IMG/VR virus record: IMGVR_UViG_3300024518_000002 | Location: 1-49,347 of that record | Length of the DNA stretch: 49,347 bases | DNA from: a virus | Strand: one strand, 5' to 3' | Shown: piece by piece, positions 1 through 6,844 of the stretch | How positions within the stretch are numbered: position 1 is the stretch's first letter | Layout: every line of letters begins with the position of its first letter | The notes under the pieces: model-generated | Told to the model about the DNA's origin: nothing | The model's input: only the letters and a program-made list of their open reading frames with translations | Database searches by the model: none | Translations under genes and position numbers: made by a program

Positions 1-2612
1 TAGACGATAACGGCGGATCGTTGACGATTGATAACGCTGATATAACCACCATCGCAGGTGCGGTTTCTGGCTCTGAAATGCAGGTGGACGTAATAACATC
101 TGCCCTGCCCACGGGTGCGGCAACAGCAGCTAACCAGTTGGCAGACGGTCATAACGTGACGATTGACAATGCCTCTGGCGGTTCGGCCGTCAATATTCAA
201 GACGGTGGAAATTCGATTACAGTTGATAATGGCGGTACGTTTGTGGTACAGGAAGATGGTGCAGCTTTAACCGCCTTGCAATTGATAGACGACGCGGTAG
301 CTACGCTAGGGACTTCTACTTATTCAGAAGCAACAACCAAAGGAAATATCATTGGTGCGGTTCGCAATGACACATTGGCCGCACTCGCAAATACAGATAA
401 CGAGATTGCACCTTTGCAGGTAAACGCCTCTGGCGCACTATACATTCAGGAAGGCACGGCACTAGATGTAAGTGGGGCAACGGTAATAGTAGACGGGTCT
501 GGGGTTACGCAGCCAATAAGTGCGGCAAGTTTACCGTTGCCAAGCGGGGCAGCTACAGCGGCGAATCAATCCACTGGTAACACAAGCCTGTCAACTATTG
601 CGGGGGCGGTTTCTGGCACCGAAATGCAGGTCGATGTTTTAACGATGCCATCGACGGCCGTTACCAACACAGGTACTTTTGCGGTGCAAGAGGATGGCGC
701 GGCATTAACGGCTTTACAGTTGATTGATGATACCGTCTATACCGACGATACAAGCACACATGCCACCGGAACCAGCAAAGGGCTGGGCATGATGGCGGCA
801 GCAACGCCAACCGATGGGTCGGTTGATGCAAATGACATTGGGATGCTTTCCATGTCAACCGACAGACGGCTGTTAGTTGATTCTCAAATTGTAGGCACGG
901 ATGCGGCTCTTGACGTAAGCGCGGCAACGGTAACGGTTGACGGCTCGGGGGTTACGCAACCAATAAGCGGAACAGTTACCGCTAATCTATCGGCAACTGA
1001 CAATGCAGTTTTGGATCAAATAGAAGTCAATACCAGCTATGGAGACAACACGGGCGGCGGTGTTGAGTCCGGCTCGTTGCGGGTTACGTTAGCAAATGAT
1101 TCAACGGGATTACTATCTGTAGACGATAACGGCGGATCGTTGACGATTGATAACGCTGATATAACCACCATCGCAGGTGCGGTTTCTGGCTCTGAAATGC
1201 AGGTGGACGTAATAACATCTGCCCTGCCCACGGGTGCGGCAACAGCCGCTAATCAATTGGCAGATGGTCACAATGTAACTGTTGATAATGCCTCTGGCGG
1301 TTCGGCCGTCAACATTCAAGACGGTGGTAATTCGATAACGGTTGACAATGGTGGTACGTTTGCCGTTCAGGTTGACAACATGGGGAGCGCGGTTGATACC
1401 AATAACTCAACTACAACGCCATTAGGGGGCAGTGCAACTTACACCGGAACCGGAACCGATATGTTGGGATATGCCGCCGTTGCCATTACGCTATACGCCG
1501 ATGTGGACAGCGCGACCGATGGCATGACGTTTCAATTTAGCACGGATAACACAAATTGGGATGATATTTATACCTTTACGATGGATGTCTCCGCCAGCGA
1601 TACGCGACGTTTTCAATTCTCCGTAACGGCTCAATATTTTAGAGTCGTTTATACCAACGGCGGCGGTGCACAATCTGCATTTAGAGTACAAACAATTTTG
1701 CACACGGTTGACATTGACACGTCAATCCACAGGTTGGTTGATAATGTATCGCCTGACAGATCGGCAAATGTTGTTAAATCGGCACTCATTGCACAGGCAG
1801 CGGGATCGGGCAATTTTGTACCAGTGGCGGCGACGTCAGGCGGCAACCTGAAAATGTCTGTACAAGAATTTTCAGACGGGGTTGACGTTGGCAATGGGGC
1901 GGTAGGTTCTGAAACATTACGGGTCACGATTGCAAGCGATAGCACGGGTCTGATTTCTGTTGACGACAACGGAGGTAGCCTCACAGTTGACAACGCAGCC
2001 CTAAGCATCGCGGGCGGCGGGGTTGAGGCTTCAGCTTTGCGTGTGACGTTGGCAAGCGACAGCACAGGGTTGTTGTCAGTCGATGATAACGGCGGATCAT
2101 TGACGGTTGACGGTACGATTACGGCTAGTAATGCGGCGGGTGATGTAGCCCACGATGCGGCTGATTCTGGAAATCCCATCAAAACGGGCGCAAAGGCGGT
2201 CAACTTTGACGGCACGGCTCCAGGAACGGCCGTGGCAGAGAATGACAGAGTAAATCATATTGCTGATGTTTACGGCCGTCAATTTGTGGAAACGGCACAC
2301 CCCAACCATTGGCATGTTTCGGCAGATTACGCAAGCGCACAAACAAACACAACCGTCAAGGCCGCACCAGGGGCAGGGCTTAAACTATACATTACCGACA
2401 TTGTAATTAGCAATGGGGCAACGGCTGGAAATATTACGTTGCTTGACGGTTCCGGTGGATCGGTTGTGTTTGAATTATACCCAGCAGTCAGTGGCGGGGC
2501 AGCTATGCCATGGAGAACGCCGATTGATCTAACTGCTAATACGCTATTGGCAATTACCAGCACGACAGTAACAACACACTCAGTCACGATTAGCGGATAC
2601 ACGGCTCCATAA
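1..2612 (+). CDS. Tail fibre / receptor-binding protein, 3' part (gene starts at 48893 and crosses the circular junction)
   Basis: Frame open from base 3 to TAA 2610-2612 and continuous with 48893..49347 through the 106-nt terminal overlap. G/T/A/D-rich with SVDDNGGSLT(I/V)D x4 and ALTALQLIDD x2. Adjacent to tail genes. Confidence 0.75.
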   Translation, partial: DDNGGSLTIDNADITTIAGAVSGSEMQVDVITSALPTGAATAANQLADGHNVTIDNASGGSAVNIQDGGNSITVDNGGTFVVQEDGAALTALQLIDDAVATLGTSTYSEATTKGNIIGAVRNDTLAALANTDNEIAPLQVNASGALYIQEGTALDVSGATVIVDGSGVTQPISAASLPLPSGAATAANQSTGNTSLSTIAGAVSGTEMQVDVLTMPSTAVTNTGTFAVQEDGAALTALQLIDDTVYTDDTSTHATGTSKGLGMMAAATPTDGSVDANDIGMLSMSTDRRLLVDSQIVGTDAALDVSAATVTVDGSGVTQPISGTVTANLSATDNAVLDQIEVNTSYGDNTGGGVESGSLRVTLANDSTGLLSVDDNGGSLTIDNADITTIAGAVSGSEMQVDVITSALPTGAATAANQLADGHNVTVDNASGGSAVNIQDGGNSITVDNGGTFAVQVDNMGSAVDTNNSTTTPLGGSATYTGTGTDMLGYAAVAITLYADVDSATDGMTFQFSTDNTNWDDIYTFTMDVSASDTRRFQFSVTAQYFRVVYTNGGGAQSAFRVQTILHTVDIDTSIHRLVDNVSPDRSANVVKSALIAQAAGSGNFVPVAATSGGNLKMSVQEFSDGVDVGNGAVGSETLRVTIASDSTGLISVDDNGGSLTVDNAALSIAGGGVEASALRVTLASDSTGLLSVDDNGGSLTVDGTITASNAAGDVAHDAADSGNPIKTGAKAVNFDGTAPGTAVAENDRVNHIADVYGRQFVETAHPNHWHVSADYASAQTNTTVKAAPGAGLKLYITDIVISNGATAGNITLLDGSGGSVVFELYPAVSGGAAMPWRTPIDLTANTLLAITSTTVTTHSVTISGYTAP
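1101..1246. repeat. 146-bp perfect direct repeat of 49223..49347+1..127, embedded in a ~385-bp diverged duplication inside the tail-fibre gene
   Basis: Base-by-base comparison. Identity starts after the c/t mismatch at 49222/1100 and ends at the a/c mismatch at 128/1247. Flanks differ mostly at synonymous sites. Confidence 0.9.
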
Positions 2613-2800
2613 TGACGCTTTTAATATTATTTGCCGGCTCAGATAGCGCAGTAGTTGTCATTATTGTCGGCGCGGCCGAAGATGCGGCGTTTGTGAGAAA
2701 GGCAAAATTGGCCGCTAATGTCAATAATGAGAGTGTGCTATATGGATTTGTCACAAAAGAAGAGGCGGCTAATGTGGATGAAGGTTTTGCGAGTAGCTAA
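2612..2800 (+). CDS. Hypothetical small protein
   Basis: 62-aa ORF. Its ATG overlaps the tail-fibre stop (TAATG). No recognisable motif. Confidence 0.45.
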   Translation: MTLLILFAGSDSAVVVIIVGAAEDAAFVRKAKLAANVNNESVLYGFVTKEEAANVDEGFASS

Positions 2801-2812
2801 TCAGAGGCAACT

Positions 2813-3157
2813 ATGGCGACAAAAGTAAAAGAATTACACAATGCAGATGTTGATTTTAGATATGTTATCTGGTGCGACCTGGACAGCACAAACGACGGCA
2901 CGGCGGCAGATAATGGCTATCTGCAAGGGGCAACTATTAGCACATCCGTGTGGACGCTGGAAACGGGATTAACTGAGGTGTCAGAGGACAGCGCATCTGT
3001 CACGATTGGCGGCATAACCTACGACGTTAATACGGTGGCGACGATAAAGGTTAGCACGTCTAGTACCTATGTCGGGCAAACATTGACGGCAACCAACAAA
3101 ATCGTAACATCTGATGCCCGGACATTGAATCATACATTATTGATTCCTATTGTATAA
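2813..3157 (+). CDS. Hypothetical protein, possibly tail-fibre associated
   Basis: 114-aa ORF with AGAGG upstream of the ATG, immediately after the fibre gene. Confidence 0.55.
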   Translation: MATKVKELHNADVDFRYVIWCDLDSTNDGTAADNGYLQGATISTSVWTLETGLTEVSEDSASVTIGGITYDVNTVATIKVSTSSTYVGQTLTATNKIVTSDARTLNHTLLIPIV

Positions 3158-3229
3158 TTAAAGGTATTTAACAGGTGATTGATAGGTGGTTGATAGACAA
3201 TTGCCATATAATTAAAGGAGATTTGAAAG

Positions 3230-3499
3230 ATGGATATTTTGGGAACGGCACTATTATTAGCAGTGGCAAATACAAAAATTGTGGATTTTTTTGCAAATCC
3301 CGCTAAACAAAAATACGCAAATGTAGATTTTTGGTGGCTTATTTATGTCGCACTAGCAACGGGGGCAGCAATTGCCTGGTTTGCTGACATCAATTTGTTT
3401 GCTGATGTAATCGCGGATGTATTAGCAGGTCGAATTTTGACGGCTGTATTAATTGGCGGAGGGTCTAGCTTAATCCATGACGTATTTGATAATTCATAA
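3230..3499 (+). CDS. Putative holin-like small membrane protein
   Basis: 89 aa with strong RBS AAAGGAG. Has hydrophobic helices (LGTALLLAVA, WWLIYVALATGAAIAWF, ILTAVLIGGG) and a polar C-terminus. Confidence 0.5.
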   Translation: MDILGTALLLAVANTKIVDFFANPAKQKYANVDFWWLIYVALATGAAIAWFADINLFADVIADVLAGRILTAVLIGGGSSLIHDVFDNS

Positions 3500-3509
3500 T
3501 GGATAATGA

Positions 3510-3719
3510 ATGGACACGGCCGCTTACGCTTTGCTGGATGAATCATTGCAGCAACTATCGGAGTACAGTCAGCGAGCGAAAGGCGGCTTGTCTTTTATAC
3601 AACGCCAACAAATTTGTACTGAAATGATTAACATCCTATATCGTGTTGAGGTTTTGGTGGAATCAATCATAGGCGAGATGGGATGCGAGGAAGATAGATA
3701 TGACCCCTGCCGAGATTAA
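3510..3719 (+). CDS. Hypothetical protein
   Basis: 69-aa ORF in a tightly packed same-strand series. Confidence 0.45.
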   Translation: MDTAAYALLDESLQQLSEYSQRAKGGLSFIQRQQICTEMINILYRVEVLVESIIGEMGCEEDRYDPCRD

Positions 3720-3948
3720 ACAAGCGTTTATGACTGATCATGAATTTCAAATACAAGAAGAAGTGTTAGACTTTGATGAATTAACCAATAGGCTGATCGC
3801 GCTGGAGCAGCAACACGAAATATCTTCGTTAGAGATATTCAAGAAATATTTACGTGGTGAACTGACAGATGACGTTATGACAGAGGCGTGGACAGGCTTG
3901 TTTTTCCTTTACCTAGGTACGGCTGAAATTAGATCGTATTCTTGTTAG
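3700..3948 (+). CDS. Hypothetical protein, paralog of the 3961 gene (shared N-terminus MTPAEIKQAF)
   Basis: 82-aa ORF. The first 10 aa are identical to the ORF at 3961, while the DNA differs at synonymous sites. Confidence 0.5.
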   Translation: MTPAEIKQAFMTDHEFQIQEEVLDFDELTNRLIALEQQHEISSLEIFKKYLRGELTDDVMTEAWTGLFFLYLGTAEIRSYSC

Positions 3949-3960
3949 ATGGGGTAATGT

Positions 3961-4435
3961 ATGACACCGGCTGAAATCAAACAAGCATTTGCTAGTATCT
4001 TTGCTGAAATCAAAAAAACACAGGAGCTAATCAGTCAAGAGCTAACATACAACCGGCTTCTTGCTGAAAAAAGGTTTCGAGATTTTGGAGAAAACAGTCA
4101 GGAATCAGGCATTATCTATCGCAAAACTTCAGGAACAAGTTGATAAACAGGCGAGATACTGGCAAGCAATTGGCGAGCCTGTACGTAAGAAGCATGACAC
4201 GGGATACTTTCAAGATCGGGGCAAACTTCTAGCGCAGATTGTGGAATTATTCTCAATGGATGAGCTAACGGCCGTATGCTTTGAGATTGGTGTCTTTTGG
4301 GATACATTGGCAGGGGATACGCTTCAATACAAAACGCGGTCACTGATTGAAAGTTTGGAGCGGGAAGGGCAACTGTACAAACTGCTAGACGAATGTGGAC
4401 GGCAGAGACCTGAGGCAGAATGGCCTATGCTATAG
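3961..4435 (+). CDS. Coiled-coil protein with C-terminal EAD-like helical domain; reading frame broken (+1) at A6 run 4067-4072
   Basis: ORF 3961..4143 and ORF 4061..4435 overlap. The downstream ORF has no ATG or RBS near its start. Coiled-coil character continues across the A6 run. The C-terminus reads FSMDELTAVCFEIGVFWDTLAGD...LIESLEREGQLYKLLDECGRQRP. Confidence 0.5.
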
Positions 4436-4450
4436 GCAAGAAAAGAGCCC

Positions 4451-4597
4451 TTAGTGACAACGTTCGCATAATTCGCAATCATTGCAGATTGCCGTGATTC
4501 TGCCACACAATGCACAATTTTCGTCATAGCGAGTACCGCCCCATTTACAACCAGGCCGTTCTTCGATTACCAGCTCCCCACTGGCGATCATATCCAT
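4451..4597 (-). CDS. Small Cys-rich (zinc-ribbon-like) protein, 48 aa
   Basis: Hand translation of the minus strand gives MDMIASGELVIEERPGCKWGGTRYDENCALCGRITAICNDCELCERCH. It is below the 60-aa cutoff of the ORF track. The competing + ORF 4510..4710 has an R/H/P-rich implausible composition. Confidence 0.4.
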   Translation of the reverse strand: MDMIASGELVIEERPGCKWGGTRYDENCALCGRITAICNDCELCERCH

Positions 4598-4711
4598 CAC
4601 TTCACCCTGCACGGGGGATTCCCCGTCATAGGGTGATAGGGGAATGGGTAATTGATGACGCCGTAGGATTAGTTGATGAATTCGTCGAATTAGAAAAACA
4701 AAGGAGATAAA

Positions 4712-5011
4712 ATGGATAACCTAGAAAAAGCAAAGCAGTTGGCAAACAGACCCTATGTGGTGGAAATGTATCGGGACAACACAACAGATGGTAAGGGCTT
4801 TGTGTTTTTAGCAGTTAATCCAGAAATTAAACGTTGTAAAGCTCAAGGTCTAACAATGGAGGAGGCCTTAAGTAACCTAGATGATGTTCGCATTATCCTT
4901 TTTGAGCATTTTCTTGACCATAACTTGATTATTCCTGCCCCAGCATGGGAACCGGATTCAACCAAATCTGACTATTTCATAATATCTTTCAATGCCGTTT
5001 CCAATAATTGA
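4712..5011 (+). CDS. hicB: HicB-like (UPF0150) antitoxin-fold protein
   Basis: RBS AAGGAG. RPYVVEMYRDNTTDGKGFVFLAVNPEIKRCKAQGLTMEEALSNLDDVRIILFEHFL matches the HicB N-domain pattern (Y-x-V ... G-x-x-A-x-x-PE ... G-x-T-x-EEA ... I). Confidence 0.55.
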   Translation: MDNLEKAKQLANRPYVVEMYRDNTTDGKGFVFLAVNPEIKRCKAQGLTMEEALSNLDDVRIILFEHFLDHNLIIPAPAWEPDSTKSDYFIISFNAVSNN

Positions 5012-5210
5012 TCATCCGTTAAACAAGTGTCAAGCAAAGATTAGATACCCGAGCCGGCGTACTGCTAATCGTGACGCGAAATACAGAACCCAAAAAAGCG
5101 GGATTATTTTTGAGCCATATGAATGTCCTGTCTGTTTTTGGTATCACCTAACATCATTTGGATTTGTGGGGCAAGATCAAAAAGAAATAAAGAGGCTTTT
5201 ACGGAGGTAG
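4992..5210 (+). CDS. Small zinc-ribbon protein
   Basis: 72 aa. The motif YECPVCFWYHLTS resembles the C-x-x-C...WHLTS small phage proteins. Confidence 0.5.
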   Translation: MPFPIIDHPLNKCQAKIRYPSRRTANRDAKYRTQKSGIIFEPYECPVCFWYHLTSFGFVGQDQKEIKRLLRR

Positions 5211-5212
5211 AA

Positions 5213-5383
5213 ATGTGGCAAAAAATATTGTGGTATCTAAAGCAATTGATTCCATTATCATATTGGACAACATACACACAAAACGGCAACCGGATCATTG
5301 TATTTTGGCGCATGTGGTTTGGACATAGCTATGACATCCTCGAATTTAATGTTGAGCCTGTGTCCGAGCAAGAAGCTGCATGA
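5213..5383 (+). CDS. Hypothetical small protein
   Basis: GGAGG at 5203-5207 precedes the ATG at 5213. I trimmed this from track ORF 5123..5383. Confidence 0.5.
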   Translation: MWQKILWYLKQLIPLSYWTTYTQNGNRIIVFWRMWFGHSYDILEFNVEPVSEQEAA

Positions 5384-5802
5384 TCCACATCTGTCTCTGT
5401 CTTGTCACGATTTCCCTTGCCCTTGCCCCCTCCCCGCCGCCGCTTGATACATTGCCGCTATTAGTCACCGTGTACGATACCGCGCTGTGTGCGCCAAATA
5501 CACCTTGTCTGCAAGGCAACGGAGATGGGTACTTTGCCAGCATGATACCTGTGTCTGGCGAATGGTATGGCCGCATGGCAGCATGTAACCCATCTCTATT
5601 CGGTCGCTGGCTTTCAATTGACGGCATTGGTGAGGTTTATTGTGGTGATAATTTTGGTATGATTGATGGCGTTCCTGTTGAAACAATTGTCATGATTGAC
5701 GGGGAATGGGTGGCACGGATAGATACTTTTTGGCCTGTTGCAGAGCAAGGTTATCCTGATTGGAATTATTACAGGTTTTACAATTGGCGGGTGTTACCAT
5801 GA
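5380..5802 (+). CDS. Secreted protein, possibly 3D/DPBB-like cell-wall enzyme
   Basis: ATGA overlap with the previous gene. Has a hydrophobic N-terminal signal (ICLCLVTISLALAPS). The motif GEVYCGDNFGMIDG...ARIDTFW is vaguely 3D-domain-like. Confidence 0.45.
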   Translation: MIHICLCLVTISLALAPSPPPLDTLPLLVTVYDTALCAPNTPCLQGNGDGYFASMIPVSGEWYGRMAACNPSLFGRWLSIDGIGEVYCGDNFGMIDGVPVETIVMIDGEWVARIDTFWPVAEQGYPDWNYYRFYNWRVLP

Positions 5803-6026
5803 GGCATAAATTAAGCATCATAAATCATGTAGACGATACGCTGAAGATGATCGGCTGTGAAACGTGTAGCCTCCGTTTTATGGTAGAGATTGCCGAGAAC
5901 GGCCGTTTCGTTTCGGGCTCAAAGATAAACATCAATCCAGGTGATGTTGACGCGGCACATACCCTATTTTTAACGCCTGACGTTGATTTGGTTATGGATG
6001 TCAGGGTTGGGGTCGAACAGCCTTAA
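5799..6026 (+). CDS. Hypothetical protein
   Basis: ATG 5799 overlaps the upstream stop (ATGA). 75 aa. Confidence 0.5.
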   Translation: MRHKLSIINHVDDTLKMIGCETCSLRFMVEIAENGRFVSGSKININPGDVDAAHTLFLTPDVDLVMDVRVGVEQP

Positions 6027-6049
6027 AAATCTTCGTCATTTTCTCATGA

Positions 6050-6253
6050 TCAATTAGCAACAGGAAAATCACCTATGATTTGACCGCAATCTAAGCACCA
6101 TTCAAACCAGATATAGTCTCCTGCCCCGATGCCAATATCATCTGGCACATAGCCCTCGAATTCAACCCCATCAATTTCACCACTATTTCTATCACTGCTT
6201 TTTGCCGCAATTGATGCAGATCGTTCACTGCTGCATTGTTTGCATTTCGCCAT
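6050..6253 (-). CDS. Small zinc-ribbon protein
   Basis: 67 aa with CKQC...CLDC cysteine pairs. GGAAGGG RBS on the minus strand. Confidence 0.6.
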   Translation of the reverse strand: MAKCKQCSSERSASIAAKSSDRNSGEIDGVEFEGYVPDDIGIGAGDYIWFEWCLDCGQIIGDFPVAN

Positions 6254-6440
6254 CTCGCCCTTCCTTCGCCTTCTTCAACAACCTACGGACAATAATAATA
6301 TCATCCAAGCCCGCACTGAATACTGCATCTATGAATTCCTTTTTCGCCGTCTTGCCGTGAAAGCCGAGTGCCGCCAATGTGGATGATAGCTTTTGGCGGT
6401 ATTCAGCCGAACGTTGCTTGCCTGATTTTGGTTTACTCAT
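6225..6440 (-). CDS. Hypothetical protein
   Basis: 71-aa ORF in the minus-strand cluster. Confidence 0.5.
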   Translation of the reverse strand: MSKPKSGKQRSAEYRQKLSSTLAALGFHGKTAKKEFIDAVFSAGLDDIIIVRRLLKKAKEGRDGEMQTMQQ

Positions 6441-6526
6441 CTAATGCCTCCATTACTTCATTGCAATCTTCATAGTGCGAACGAGTTTTCTTGTCATCGT
6501 TCGCTTTCTACGCTTTTGTGACTTGC

Positions 6527-6730
6527 TCAGGTTTTTTGTTGATCTAACTCTTCGTAAATTGAGTTTGCCAGTTTTTCGTTTTCATCGGTCGGCCATACCC
6601 TGTCACATTCTGCCAGAATCTCTTTTTTTGATTTATTAGCAAACCAATCTTCTATCCAATTCCACCCACCCTCGGCAGAGCCAGTATATTCAATTATCTC
6701 ATCTCGGTTATAAATGTCGCTTGAATTCAT
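6527..6730 (-). CDS. Hypothetical protein
   Basis: 67 aa. Its RBS context AAAGGAGATTTGAA-ATG is the same as the holin-like gene. Confidence 0.6.
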   Translation of the reverse strand: MNSSDIYNRDEIIEYTGSAEGGWNWIEDWFANKSKKEILAECDRVWPTDENEKLANSIYEELDQQKT

Positions 6731-6832
6731 TTCAAATCTCCTTTTGTGTTAGTTGTTCGTTTCTTAATTAACTACAGTATACCACCTGTTACGTAACGAC
6801 AGTGTAAACTACTTTACACTTGACACCTCAAT

Positions 6833-6838
6833 TATAAT
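6833..6838 (+). promoter_or_regulatory. -10 element TATAAT placed 6 nt before ATG 6845 (predicts leaderless transcript)
   Basis: Perfect TATAAT, with the A of the ATG at +7 from the hexamer end. No properly spaced -35. Confidence 0.35.
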
Positions 6839-6844
6839 ATTCAT

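Noticed and set aside
1-1369. Diversity-generating retroelement (template/variable repeat pair) in the tail-fibre duplication
   Set aside because: Differences between the two copies are mixed transitions and transversions at synonymous sites, not adenine-specific. No reverse transcriptase ORF exists anywhere in the genome.
661-2602. Antisense and off-frame ORFs inside the tail-fibre gene (for example 1649..2215 minus, 2327..2602 minus)
   Set aside because: They lie entirely within a long, repeat-structured sense ORF and have low-complexity composition with no RBS. They are typical shadow ORFs. The same applies to the antisense ORFs in the tape-measure gene (41510..42019, 42242..42613) and in 43842..46724.
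3158-3229. Short tandem GTGATTGATAG/GTGGTTGATAG and duplicated ATAATTAAAGG upstream of the holin-like gene as an operator or promoter
   Set aside because: No hexamer pair with workable spacing could be derived, and the repeats are short and AT-rich. I noted this but it is too weak to call.
4510-4710. 66-aa plus-strand ORF
   Set aside because: It has an R/H/P-rich composition and no RBS. A Cys-rich 48-aa minus-strand ORF (4451..4597) and the HicB-gene leader explain the region better.
6820-6838. TTGACA + TATAAT as a standard sigma70 promoter for the endolysin gene
   Set aside because: The hexamers are only 7 nt apart, so they cannot function as a -35/-10 pair. Only the TATAAT is retained, as a possible -10.
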